NCBI GenBank assembly: GCA_000708835.1
Contig: DF237563.1
Span: forward strand, 1 to 52,258
DNA from: Klebsormidium nitens
Taxonomy: Eukaryota > Plantae > Klebsormidiophyceae
Direction: 5' to 3'
DNA: 52,258 nucleotides
Shown: one piece after another, positions 21,575 through 34,197 of the stretch
Layout of the letters: each line of letters opens with the position of its first letter
How positions within the stretch are numbered: the first letter of the stretch is position 1
The notes under the pieces: generated by a model
Seen by the model: the letters and a program-made list of their open reading frames with translations, nothing else
What the model was told of the DNA's origin: nothing
The model's database searches: none
Made by a program: the position numbers and the translations under genes

Positions 21575-24500
21575 TCAGTGCTTATTTTCCTCCGGCACCG
21601 CAGACTCTTCCTCAGGTTCACCCCTTGCAATGCGCTCAGCCTCCGCGGCATCAAAGGCTGCCTTTTCGGCTTTCATTTGTTGCACCTAGTAGACAAACAC
21701 GGATTGAGAAATCAGGATGGATGGGGATGACGGCCCTGTCTTCAATCGTACTGGTGGTCTTTTCAGACAAAATAATCCACCAATGTTCAGCGAAGTTACA
21801 ACTTAGACCATCACCACCTGAGATTCATTACGTCAGCTCACATCGAGAGTGTGTGGTTCCTGCGCGCAGACTCATGACTTCATCCCATATCGGTGTCAAA
21901 TGGACAGTGAATGGCTGACAACCAAGAGGAATGCCAACCCAGATTTCGATGCTCACCGGCCCTTCTTCCCCTTTGTCCGTTTCCCCTTCTTTCGTTTCCA
22001 CCACAAATGGCAGCAAATCATCCAGCTCTCCCTTCTGTGCCTTTTTAGCCACTAAGTATCCTCCGACCACAACCAGATTTATGATGGCCAGATAGATAGA
22101 GGCAATCCCCCTGCCGGCATCGCCATCTTTCTGCGGTGTTGAGTCTATCTGCGGCAGCGCAAGCAAACAAAGACAAATGAGAGGGGCAGTAAGGACTTAC
22201 AACGCCAGTGGGGTCTTGAAGGAGATCCCAGTTGACTTCCGGTTTCCCAAGATTCCATACCCAGAAGCCAACTGCAGTAGCAATGGCCGACAGGCCCATG
22301 CCCAGAGGGAATAATGTCTCCTCAAACTCCAGCTCTCTCTGCAAAACAATGGGCCCAATTGCTGAGCTTTTAACTTAGCGATGGCCTTTTAGCAGCCTGC
22401 TAAGGAGATGGTTTGCACATCGCAGACCAGAGAGATACTCCATGAGGTCATTAAAAGCACCAATACCCATCAGCATTGAGCAGTTTTGCCCAGGCAGGTC
22501 TCTTCTTGTCAGACCAGAAGAACTAGTGACGGAGCTGCACTCAGTATATACATGTGAGAAACAGCAAAGAGGACGGAAACTCACAAACGGCCGCGTGATC
22601 TCCTTCTCGGGCGCTGGGCCAATATCCCAAGGTCCAAAGAAGGGCTTGATTTTGTCGGCGGGGGCGTCGGCAGGGGGCACCCAGGGTGTGCCATAGTTCT
22701 CCTTGGGGAAGAGGTAGGGCAGATCAGGCATCTTGGAGGAGTCCATCCGCTGGTAGATGGGGTCCGACGGGTTCACATCGTCCGGATTGCCGGAGTACTT
22801 CTCAGCGCTTGCTGTAACAACAGGGTGGGGCAACTCAATGACGCAGGCGCAAGCTGGCTCAAAACATGACTTCCTGAAAAGGTTCCTGTCTTTTGATCGA
22901 ACCTCAGTACAGACGACACATTTGCCAGAGGAAGGAAAGACGATGCGCAATTCCAGGGTAGAAGTCAGGCTCGGGCAATGACACAGATTGCCAACATAAA
23001 AATGGGAAAACTTTGCTGAAACAGTTCTTCTAGTCGCGGCACGAAGTCTGCAAAGCAGTTTCTTCACAAGCAAAGCACACAGCTGCTGCCTTCCATCGGA
23101 TTCAGGCGGGTGCACTCACTTGGCCTTCGGATGTTCGCCTCCCTGATCCGTTCTGCAGAGCCAGGCCCGTACTTTGGCAGCTCTGGCGCGGCAGCCTCCA
23201 CCTTGCTCGCGCTGCCACCCGCTTCTGCTGCAGAAGGGGATGCCAACACCTCCTCTACTTTGCTGCGCACGCTCTCTGCTGCCGCCTCCACCTTGGTGGT
23301 GACAGCCTCCGCTGCCTTCTCTACCTGCGCCGGCACGCTCTCTGGTGCTGCTGCTGCTGCTTTAGGCGCCTCCGCAATTTTCTCCACCTTGGGAGCCACT
23401 TCTTCAACCTTTGATTCCACCTTGGGAGCCACTTCTTGGATCTTTGATTCCACCTTGGGAGCCACTTCTTCGACCTTTGATTCCACCTTGGGAGCCACTT
23501 CTTCGACCTTTGATTCCACCTTGGGAGCCACTTCTTCGATCTTTNNNNNNNNNNNNNNNNNNNNNNNNNNNNNNNNNNNNNNNNNNNNNNNNNNNNNNNN
23601 NNNNNNNNNNNNNNNNNNNNNNNNNNNNNNNNNNNNNNNNNNNNNNNNNNNNNNNNNNNNNNNNNNNNNNNNNNNNNNNNNNNNNNNNNNNNNNNNNNNN
23701 NNNNNNNNNNNNNNNNNNNNNNNNNNNNNNNNNNNNNNNNNNNNNNNNNNNNNNNNNNNNNNNNNNNNNNNNNNNNNNNNNNNNNNNNNNNNNNNNNNNN
23801 NNNNNNNNNNNNNNNNNNNNNNNNNNNNNNNNNNNNNNNNNNNNNNNNNNNNNNNNNNNNNNNNNNNNNNNNNNNNNNNNNNNNNNNNNNNNNNNNNNNN
23901 NNNNNNNNNNNNNNNNNNNNNNNNNNNNNNNNNNNNNNNNNNNNNNNNNNNNNNNNNNNNNNNNNNNNNNNNNNNNNNNNNNNNNNNNNNNNNNNNNNNN
24001 NNNNNNNNNNNNNNNNNNNNNNNNNNNNNNNNNNNNNNNNNNNNNNNNNNNNNNNNNNNNNNNNNNNNNNNNNNNNNNNNNNNNNNNNNNNNNNNNNNNN
24101 NNNNNNNNNNNNNNNNNNNNNNNNNNNNNNNNNNNNNNNNNNNNNNNNNNNNNNNNNNNNNNNNNNNNNNNNNNNNNNNNNNNNNNNNNNNNNNNNNNNN
24201 NNNNNNNNNNNNNNNNNNNNNNNNNNNNNNNNNNNNNNNNNNNNNNNNNNNNNNNNNNNNNNNNNNNNNNNNNNNNNNNNNNNNNNNNNNNNNNNNNNNN
24301 NNNNNNNNNNNNNNNNNNNNNNNNNNNNNNNNNNNNNNNNNNNNNNNNNNNNNNNNNNNNNNNNNNNNNNNNNNNNNNNNNNNNNNNNNNNNNNNNNNNN
24401 NNNNNNNNNNNNNNNNNNNNNNNNNNCTTTGATTCCACCTTGGGAGCCACTTCTTCGACCTTTGATTCCACCTTGGGAGCCACTTCTTCGATCTTTGATT

Positions 24501-25198
24501 CCACCTTGGGAGCCGCTTCCTCAATTTGCGTCTTCACTGCAGTGCCTGCATCCTCAGCAGACTGCACTACCTGGGCCCCTGCCCCTTCTGCTGCTTCCTT
24601 GACTTCTCCCGCCGCTGCCTCCAGTTGGGCCTTCTCCCGAGCGGCCCGCTCCTGTATGGCGTGTACCAGCTCCCGCCTCTGGCGCTCAGACTCTGCATTG
24701 GCCACAAGGAAGGCGTTGAGTTACCATGAGCGATTGCAATTGCTGGCTTTTCATCAGCGATTGGTGTTACGGAAATGCAGAAGTTGAGGCAGTCACAAAA
24801 TTTTGTCATAGGGGTCCTCAATTTAGAGGGCCTAAAAGGGAATCACCACCAATGAGGCTCCAAAAATAGCAAGCGCAGAGTGTATACATGAATATCAAAG
24901 GAAGCATATCCACATTCATGTTTCTCTGCTGACCTGTGATCCCCTCCTCCTCGACAAAGGCCAGCGCCTTGTCCACCCCGAGCACAGAGAACGGAAGTGC
25001 TATTCCTACAGACAGCAGCGACCTTCTGGAAGTAGCAACACCACCTGGTTTGACCATCTGCGCTCTCTCCTGAGCTGCATTGCACCTGATGCTGACACGA
25101 CGTTGAGTCGTCGATTGCTTCTGTTGGCATGGCGCCTGGGGACTCAGCAATGCACCTCTGCTTGCGCTGGTAGCGCACCTCGAAGCAGCTGTCGCCAT
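21575..25198 (-). CDS. Uncharacterised chloroplast thylakoid protein: transit peptide + twin-arginine signal, 11-aa tandem-repeat domain, two C-terminal hydrophobic helices
   Basis: Exons 25198-24934, 24692-23120 (contains N gap), 22811-22585, 22338-22201, 22148-21957, 21685-21575. GT-AG; phases fit (unverifiable across the gap). N-terminus is S/A/R-rich, followed by SRRSLLSVGIALPFSVLGVDKALA (RR, hydrophobic core, A-X-A). Hydrophobic segments LFPLGMGLSAIATAVGFWVWNL and GIASIYLAIINLVVVGGYLVA. Confidence 0.75.
23385..24525 (-). repeat. 33-bp coding tandem repeat (unit [IV]EEVAPKVESK), at least 8 visible units
   Basis: Plus-strand unit ccttgggagccacttcttcgacctttgattcca is head-to-tail on both sides of the gap: 5 units on one side, 3 on the other. 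Confidence 0.95.
23545..24425. other. Assembly gap (881 N)
   Basis: Run of N flanked on both sides by the 33-bp repeat, so likely a collapsed repeat. Confidence 1.
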
Positions 25199-25444
25199 TG
25201 CGACAAGAGCAGACGGCGAAGCCCCTGTTCCCGGCCTGTGAAGCTGGCCTGGGACGCAAATCTCCTCCTCAGAATCTCACTTTGTATCGTACAGGCTACC
25301 GTCAGCGAAAGGACCAAGTTGAAGGAGGGTTCTGTGCAGCAACTTCAAGCAGCGACTAGGTCCGAGGGGAGAGAGGAGCTGACTCTGACACACTCTGTTG
25401 ACATGCAGCCGGTAACAGTCACTTACATTGTCCGCAGTGTCAAA

Positions 25445-26230
25445 ATGGATGCTTCAAACACACTTAGACAAACTTTGCAGATTGGTGGTCTTAACGCCCA
25501 GCAATTCGATTTTCAATTAGCTGCTTTGCATTCAAAATGGGTTGTGCAGTTGATCGACCCCTCTATCTCGGCTTCTTGGAAAGGCCTACCATATTCTAAT
25601 CTTTTGGAAACTGGTCTTGGCAACTCCTTATTCCTAGCAGACAAATCTGTCTTAACTCTCAAATCCATCCCTAGCCGGTGGAAATCCTATCTCACAGGAT
25701 GGTTTGCTCCAGGCTTGTCAGTGGCTGAACCTCCTTTGGACTTTGATTGTCTTCTCAACGAGTCTCTTTGGTTCAATCGCTTCATCAAAAAGGAGAATGG
25801 TCAATCTTTCGGTCACTATCTAACACTGATCAGAAGTTGATTTCTAATGGTGGACCTTTTTTCATTTCAGATATCGTCAAGAAGTTTGAGTACGGCGGCA
25901 GTATAAAATTGACTTTTCTGGAGGAACGTGAACTGCGGGCGAAGTACGATGCCAATACTGCAAAAGTATTGGTCTCACTCATTGAATGCATTCCGCTCGG
26001 CTGGCGCGCCGTTATTTCTACCAAGGTGAGACAGCCTTTTGCACAGCATGATTGGATCGTTGAAAGGAGATATGTGCAGCATCCTACTACTCGCTATCCG
26101 GCATTTGTATACCGTGTAGCACAATGTCTGTCTGGGAAGGTCATTGCTCTCAAATTTACAATCGACCCTGCAAATGCAATGATTCGCCGAATCTCGCCCG
26201 AAACGCATGCTACACTATCTAAAGCTCATA
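25445..26230 (+). mobile_element. Truncated, frameshifted L1/Tx1-clade non-LTR retrotransposon ORF2 fragment (region C-terminal to RT)
   Basis: GGLNAQQFDFQLAALHSKWVVQLIDP...ASWK, LLNESLWFNRFIK, NGGPFFISDIV and LIECIPLGW resemble the GGL..D....AL..KW, PLW.N..I, GI..I.DL and IP..W motifs of L1/Tx1 ORF2. There is a frame change near 25820-25840 and no RT core is visible. Confidence 0.7.
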
Positions 26231-26346
26231 TAGTCAAAGCTTCGGTGATTCAAGCTTCTTCTGCGGGGTCCCGGCATGCCGACGAAAGTCCGTCGACAAA
26301 CCCGTCACTCGGGAACCGAACTCCGCAGACTGCGAAACTGGAACCC

Positions 26347-26433
26347 TACTGAGACCGAAATTCGATAAGGCCATCCGAAATTCGATAAATATTTTGCCTG
26401 TCCGAAATTCGAGTTGTCCGAAATTACATCGAC
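26347..26433. repeat. Four direct copies of CCGAAATT(CGA), preceded by TA; possible single DNA-transposon terminus
   Basis: Copies at 26355, 26375, 26402 and 26418. No inverted partner was seen in the window. Confidence 0.5.
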
Positions 26434-26528
26434 TACTCTTAGTTCTGAGGGCTCGGTAGGGCCGGCTCGGCGCGCAGCGACGTTCTGAAGTCGCGCAACG
26501 TTCACCATGCTTCTCTTCGCCAGCATGT

Positions 26529-26561
26529 TTCAAGCCTTTCAAGCCTTTCAAGCCCTTCAAC
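26529..26561. repeat. Short tandem repeat (TTCAAGCCT) x3 plus partial copies
   Basis: ttcaagcct ttcaagcct ttcaagccc ttcaac. Confidence 0.8.
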
Positions 26562-28787
26562 TTCAAAGTTCTGGGGCGTCTTCCTTGAACTTGAAGTTGC
26601 AATGCTTGCATGCTCGTTTTTGCGACAAGGAGAGGAGGAGCTCCTCCACAGCTCAGCAGCTGGCGTAGACGGTGCTTTCCACCCTTTGTTGTCCGCAGGG
26701 CATGGCCTTTTGCTTGCAAGCGATGTGTGCTCTCGTCGGAGTAGATACGTCCGGACGTCGCTGCTGCAGGTGCGCCCTGCAGTTTGTATCTTCCGGACTC
26801 TGCCCTTGTGCTTTGTGGCAGCAAAAGCTGATGGTGAATCTTCAGAGCCTCCATCAATGCTTTAACAGGGGAATGTGCTGGCACAAAACAGCATTGGGCA
26901 CAGGCAAGCAGGTCTCCGTTGTGCAGTTAGCAATTGATTGAAAGTGAGTCTGCTATTGCAGCTCAGCCTCCATGCAATTGTCAAATAGCCAACAGTTGAA
27001 AGTGTAAGCACATGCAGGCGAGCAGCATTTGCATTTGCAGTCACGTCAGAGCAGCAGGGGCTTGTGGTCACAACCAGGAACCTGCAGACTTCATAGTAAT
27101 CGTTTTTGCGTTCCCCCTGTTTCCTAATTGGACTGCTTCCAGTAGATTTGAGATACAGAGTCCAAGCACATCCTCTGTCCGTTGGAGCGGTGGGCATGCC
27201 AACTGCAAACAACTCACAGGTAGGAGAAACTGTGCTCTATTCCAATCTCACTACCGTTCTGTCATAAGGGGCATTCACTTACAGAAGAAGAGAAGAGAAG
27301 AATGCACACACTGTCAATTCTATACGTTTCACATGAGATCGTAGGTACTACCTTCATGTTCTTTCTTTGCGATGGACGTGTTTGGCTGTCTAATTGATTC
27401 TTTGTGTTCATTGTATTTGAATGTTGCCGCGCATTCCACTGGCCATCTGTGGGAGAAAGGAGGGAATGCACAATTTGAAAGATCGGCTTGACGCAGCAGC
27501 TCTTCAATTTTGGCAGAATGAGACGTCGTTGAGCTGAACTTTTAAGGTCTGTGTGCTTGGTGTACTCATTTTGTCCCAGAGGATGCTGGGTACTCATTCT
27601 ACGGCTTTTTGTTGATGACTTGAGGGGCTCCGTTGTTATCTGTTTGGCTGTCTACACGCGGAGCTCAGCTTGACTTCTGTATCTGCGTCAGCAATTACGC
27701 CTATCTTGTGTGACAACCTTTGCAGGGGTCATTGATAAGCCTTGAATGCTGCGACTTTCTGTTTATCTGAAATGATTCACGCTACTGGTGCTCCCTGACT
27801 AGCGTGTGGCCAGTAGAGATGTCTCCCTACCCGCCGCTCTTGAAGCTGGAACATTCAGCACCTCAGAAAGTCAGGCGCAAATTGGACATCCAATATTGTG
27901 CATCTTTGGTAGCACCGCTTTGTGGTCTAGCGGAAGCAAGTTTGCTGGTTCTTAGTAGAAAGCTGGAGAATAATGAGGAGGGTAGGTGGCGTTTTGCTGT
28001 TGCTCCAGCGATTGCATATTGGTAATTGCTGTTGAATCAGGCTGAGATGCGTTTCTAATTGCTTCACAGAGTGGGTCGCCGCGCAGGCTGCCGCCCTACT
28101 TTGCCGCCTCTGGTTGCGGGTGGTCCCGCTATCCCGGCACTCAACCTCATCCCCAACGTTGCTCACATCACTTGGGAAGGTTCTCAGGTAAAGTGGCGTG
28201 CCCTTTTCTGCTTACCCGCTTACCAGCTTTCTGCTTAACTATGTCTTTGTACTTACGGCTGGTACATGCATTATGGTTCCTCAACACCTGCTTCGCTTCA
28301 TCAAGACTTTCCCTTGAACGTCCCAATCTTGTTGAACTGTGCTTCAAATTATTTAAAAGACTCCTTTTGGTCCTGCTGCATTGCAAGCACCCAAATGCAT
28401 GCAATTTGCCTGCTCCTGCTCCTCGGGCATCTTCTGATTGGCCGTCGAAAGAAGAATTATTGATGGTTAGAAAAGTGGTCCGGCTCTGCATCGCTCCTGC
28501 TCCTGCTGTGTTCTGCATTCTTTCAGAGTAGACTTGTGTCCTTAAAGACGCCAGGCTCGCCCCAACATGTTGGCAAGGAGCGTCTAAATCGGTCTCCTTT
28601 ACAGCGAGTTCATCGTGTCACAGACCTCTGGTTTGGCATATTTGTTCGTCAAGCTGGCAAGGTCGCATCTGCCGAGTCCGAATTGCTCTCAGTTGGCCCC
28701 GAAAATCAGAGGAGTTGAATTGCGTGACGGCTTTATCTGGTACTTTCGTCTTGCTGACGTCGACTGACACGATCGCCTCTGATCGGC

Positions 28788-29534
28788 ATGGACTTTCAGG
28801 ACTACAAGAAGGCTAATAGTAAGAACATCGCGCGGCTGGTCAAGGGCGCACGCAACCACCAGACCAACGCGCTGCGCTCCTTATACACCCAAGGAAGGTG
28901 AGGCACCTCGCCCCTGATTGATGACGTTCTATGATGTATGAAAATTGGAGGGATCCCAGGGTCTGTGAGTTCCAGGTCACATCTTGGTTTGCTGGAACCC
29001 AGCGTTGCGTCTCTCGGTTTTTTATCGTATCTGGAGATTGTTAGCCTGTTTTGAGTGGTCCTCTTTCTCTTCTGGTCATACGTAGGACTCGTTCTGGAAG
29101 AAGCAAACAGTATCTATCTTCTTGGTTGCAGAAACAAAGTCAAAGGCTCAGTACATCACCAATTCCAAGCACTGACTGTGAGGCCTTGACTGTGGGGCCT
29201 GCTTGTGCGTCGCATCCTCGGTATTTTACAATGCTTTTACCGCTCACTTCATACGTTGCCTCCCCCTCAGGGTCTCAAGGAGGACGCTGAGGGGTCAGCT
29301 CGCATGAGCTCCCCCCGCTTTCCGAGATGACGTTTCAGCCTGGGGGGGTTCGCCCCACAGCCCAGGAGGCCCCCACAAAAGAGCACATTGGTGGAACGAG
29401 TCATCAAGTGTTGGCCTCCAGAAAGATGACGCCATGGCATCGGAAGCGCAAAAGCAGAGGGCCATCGCCCAGAAGGCGGCTGCTGCGGTTGCGGCGCAGC
29501 GTGGGCGCGCTCGCCCGCCGGCAGGGGACAAACG
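28788..29534 (+). CDS. Putative orphan spliced gene, 5' part only
   Basis: ATG exon 28788-28897 (MDFQDYKKANSKNIARLVKGARNHQTNALRSLYTQG) ends AG|GTGAGG in phase 2. It fits an exon 29361-29534 (…HWWNESSSVGLQKDDAMASEAQKQRAIAQKAAAAVAAQRGR…) ending CG|GTGAGG. Downstream exons are unresolved. Confidence 0.35.
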
Positions 29535-32500
29535 GTGAGGGGGATATAACGACGTTATGGTCAGCGGAGAAAGTGATTACGAACAATATTGAGGCCCTTT
29601 TCTCTTTTCTCGTTTTTCTTGTAAGCGAAGAAGATTGCATGAGGTGGCTCCAGGCATGCCATGCCGACTGGTGGAATGAGAATGCCCACTCATCCCGGAC
29701 GATCCGTTGGTGTAGGACTGCGTCTCAAACATCTGATTGCGAAGTCAGTTGGTTGAGTCTTCTGGCTGTCGACGTTCATGGGATTCAGCTAGGAGCAGGC
29801 AGACAAGCTGGAACATCGACGTAGGTGCATCGAAGGTCGTCAAATAAACGAGCTGTGCACACAGATGGTCGAAGCAGTGTTATGTGTCCTCCTTTACCGA
29901 GCCTGATGATGGCCGCGTGTTTGCGCAACGAACTGACCCATTGGAGACGGAGTGGACAAAGCATCAGCTGGGCATTCCGTCTTGCACAGCTTTGTATGTA
30001 CCTTCAATCGTTTAAACTCTCCGCGTCCTCGAAGCCCACCCTTACGATTGTCGTCTTTCTCTGGCAGTTGTCAAGCCCCATTTCGAGCAGCCGCCCGCGG
30101 CAAAGCCCTCTTCTCCCATGCGCCGGCAAAACCTTCCCTCCAGTACCGAACGCGCCAAGAAGGCACTTTCGGCGGGATTTTCTTGAGCCCTCGAGCCAGT
30201 CCAGGCCCTCCAGCTTGATGTCAACAATACACTTGACAGACAATCTCGTTGATCATCGTAGGCTCTGTAGAAGCGCTAGATTGCTTTCAATATACTGTTC
30301 CTGATGACTCCTGAATTTGTTTGAGGTAAGGCGGTGTAGAGTGCAACCCAAGGACCGATCGACCATGAGTTGAAGAATCGCCGCAGATTCCCGACCCAGA
30401 GCCACATAATGGATCGATTGCTGACTCAAGTCGATGAGCTATTCGCGAATGAGTTGTTACTATAATATTTGGCACATGCGGGCAGGACATGGCGGCTACA
30501 CATTTAATACGATGGTGTGTATTGAACACACTCGATGTTACAAAGAATCAAGAGTGGTACACATTCTGAAAAGGGATAGCTCGACGTTCTATCAAGAGCA
30601 TGTTGTTTAAGAAATATGCGTGTTTGCTTCGGCGCGCAGACGCCCGCTGCGAACGTACCTACATCACGAGGTCGCATAAGTGCAGTACGTGCGCGGCTCA
30701 TATATGTCGCGACCGCGTGCAGTCGGATGGGCCATCATGCACGCGGCCCGCCCTCATGTGATTAATTTTGGGGTTGGCGCTGCACGTACATACCATCTAT
30801 GCATCTCAGCTTGAGCCTTGCCAGCAAAGGAGGTTGTTGGTCTCCGCATCGATGAATCGTGGTGGCAGGGCCGAGCAGGCTCGAGTCGTGCAAAGCCCTG
30901 TTGCAATGCATGCCTTCTCCTACATAATTCTATATTAGTTCTGAGTTCAAGAAGCGCCCCGCGCAAGACTACTGAACTGAAGTTTGGCGCGACGGTCGTC
31001 ATGATGCCTCAATCTTGATACGGATTATGTGGACACAGATACAAGCTCGTGTACACAAACAACACCAGCTCAAACATAAACATCGGCGGTAGGAAGGTGA
31101 ACACCAGAATTGCAGCCTGTTCTGCGGGATGGTGGAGGGGAGCTTGTTTGAGTTTCGATCCAGCGGATCCAGGCGGGATTGACCCATCGCTTTACAAGGA
31201 ATCAACATTGGGGAGTTTTGAGGCGCGCAACTGCCCTCCCGCACGTACAGTCTCAGTGGCATGCTCGGATCAACCGGGCATGATGGTTCCATGACTGCAC
31301 CGTCCTCAGTTGGAATCGAAGGCCGCAGAGGGCCATCCTGGAAACCTGCTGGGTTGAAAGTTACGTCAGAACTTCAGCACATCGGAATTTATAACGATTC
31401 GTAGTTCTAACGAACAAAGCGAGTGTCATCCACATGAGGATAATAAGGAGACATGCACGATTTGCAGCAAACGACACTTCGGACAGATTTGAGATTTCAG
31501 GTGCCTGCAGTACCTAGTACGCAAAAAAATCAATCGAAGCCGCGGCTCCTCGCGGCCGCACAGCCGTTTTGCCATCATTGGTCACACATTCCTGACGAAG
31601 CTCTGACCTCACCATCTTTGCTGTCCAGGTGGTCCAGGAGAAGCGCGGAAAGAAGGGCGCGCAAATCTCAGGGTCAGCAGCCTGTTTTTTCGGCCCCCCT
31701 CCCTCCGTCGAGCAGCGTTTTACTTTTTTTGTCCCCGTTACCGGTACGTGTTTTCCACCCCTTATCTTTTTCGGCGCATGCCTTCTTCCACCTGCTTCAC
31801 TGCTTCGTCCCGCCATTCCGTTGCTCAGACCGGCGTTCATCACATCAATGATCGTGATCAATCAAAACAGATTAGGTCCAAGGAAAGATCGATGCTAATA
31901 CTACCATGCAGCTAGATTGGTCTAGTTTCGCTCCCCGGAATGTTCGCTCAACTTTGCTAACCGCTGAGATGATTCTTTTTAATCTTGATGTGACGTGCTG
32001 AAAAGTACAGTGCAAGGACCACGGTGTTTGTCTCCAGATCAGACGAGCTCGATCTTGTTTCGGTGCATGATGGTGGCCGCACACTTCGTGTTCTGCATAC
32101 TTATCCTCAGGCTCAGAGCCTTAGGTCTACCAAATTCGGATGTGCCATCATTGAATTGCGTAGACCAAGTGGATTTGACCGTCAGAATCTGCTGAATCAA
32201 ACAGATCAAACGGCGCATCAAGAATTCAGCACTGACGATATGATGGTGATTTGTACAATTGATTCCAGTGTCAACCATAGATATCAGCAATCTGAAGCTT
32301 AAAAGCGATCATGAAATGACGTGTGCAATCAATCGATGACACTTAAGGTCTTCGCTGATCGTAGGCGGCCGCGGCGCGGGCTCATTGCGGCCGCGCAAAC
32401 GTTTTAAAGCTCCATCATCATGGCGTTGATCTCGCATTCCTACGAAGACCTGACTTCATCATCTCTGCTCTCAGACGTCGCTAAAGCAGGACGGGAGGCA

Positions 32501-33480
32501 AGGCGCTTCACAGATCAGTTGCACAAATCCTTGCATTCGAGAACAGCTGGTACCTTTAGTGGGACGTATATGAGCTCAAGCTGCCAACCGAGGGTCACTG
32601 CTTTGTCAATCGCAGTGAAAGTCTGTGGCGTTCACTTGTGATTACTCAACGTCTCAATAGCTTTACCCTTTGAGCAATCAGTGTAGGGTTCCCCTGAGAT
32701 GATGCGTCTGCGCCTGCGCCTTAAGCCTCCAAAATTAAGGTGATGTGGGGAGACCAGAAAGCATGGAAATGGGGATTACACTATCTATATTCAAGTTTTG
32801 AACGACTCACTGAATCACGCTTTTGTCGCGTGTCTGATGTTTGAGGCAAAGATGAAGACGCACAATAAGGGACTGGCGTTGGAAAAGGATGGCTCCTGGC
32901 AGAGGGTGACTGTTTCAAGATCAAGGTGATATTCCATGTCGTTAGGGAAGTTACAGCAGATAGGATGTTTTCTGGTGATTGCTACATCAATTTGTCAAAT
33001 GACTAAATTTCTTAGTCATTTGTGTCGAGACTCAAATGAGTTCATGGTTCGAACTCCATAGAATGCAGAGACGGGCATCTGATCTTTGAATCTGCGGTCC
33101 GCAAGAGACACCAGACCCCCCAACCTTACAAATAGTTGCTTAACCAGGATGTTTTACAATATTGATTTGAAGCCGTCAGCCACTCCATGAAGAAGCGATT
33201 TGATTTGACTACTCTCAGAAATTGCTTGTTTGTCTGGAATACGACTTTTGGCTTGACTGCATTCAAGTAAACATCCAGCGAAAGTACTCCCAAGTCGGAG
33301 CATGATCTTCAGACAATGAACTCGTTTCATCGTTCTGGGTGTTGCAAAACCATTGATGATCTGCTGATGCCACTGCTAATGCTATCTGGCGTTCATTCCA
33401 GCAAAATGCTGTGAGTATACAACCTGCTATTACGCTTGTTGGTCAATCTATTGGCCTTTCGTTTTCCCAGGTCGCCAGCC

Positions 33481-34197
33481 ATGCTTTGCCTGGATGGGAC
33501 AGAGAGTCTGACCGGCCAAGGGGTTTCATGCCTCCCTCTACGGACGAATTGGCAGAAGCCTGAGAAGGAGGAAGAGGGACTTGTAGGAGATTTCAAGGGA
33601 GGGAAGTTGGTACGAGGGACCACCGTCAAGCACAATTCCGCAGTCGCATCAAGGGCGACGTTCGACTATTTGCCCAATGCTAATGGTCGCAAGTCAGCTA
33701 AGAGGCCAGCGGAAAGTGCACCATGGGAGCCAGGGACTCGTGATGTGACGGAGAAAGGGGTGGATAGGTCCAAGCGACGGTTCCCGAAAGCGAGAAGACA
33801 CCGGCTCGCGAGAGGGGGCGTTTCTGGCAAGCACGTGAACCGCGCAAAAGCAGTCGAGCAGATTCTTTCTGCCCATCAGCGCGCGGAGGAGGAGGCAATT
33901 CGGCAGGCTGCTATGCGGAGGAAAGCAACTTTTGAGAAGCAGCGCCGCAGGAAAGTATGCAGGGCAAGGGAAGCGGAGAGGGACACGCAGGCGGGAGTGG
34001 AGGTGAAGAACGCAGAAAGAAAATGGCAGGATGGGCAGCCAGCAGATGCGGAGGAAAAGGAAGAGAGAGCGAAGAGTGGGCAGCAGGAGCAACTGCGGCA
34101 CTCGGTTGGCGGGTGCCGTGATGAGAAGAGAACGACATCGGAAAAGCAGGCAGGGGGCTTCTTCTCGCTCGAACGATGTAAAGTGTTTTTTAAAAAG
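33481..34197 (+). CDS. K/R/E-rich ORF; possible additional 5' exon of the 34861-43346 gene
   Basis: Open frame 33436-34227 with a strong phase-0 donor AAG|GTGAGA at 34197. Position 34861 is preceded by CCCGCAG (phase-0 acceptor). No homology recognised. Confidence 0.35.

Noticed and set aside
23385-24525. 33-bp repeat as a CRISPR array
   Set aside because: The units are head-to-tail with no unique spacers, are a multiple of 3, and lie in frame within a eukaryotic exon.
23064-24787. Four 430-490 aa ORFs in the ORF track
   Set aside because: They are artefacts of translating through 881 N; only the minus-strand EEVAPKVESK frame fits a spliced gene.
26440-33400. Transposase, reverse transcriptase or giant-virus hallmark genes among the short ORFs
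   Set aside because: No DDE, YxDD, tyrosine-recombinase, capsid, A32 or polB motifs were recognisable; the frames are short and interrupted.
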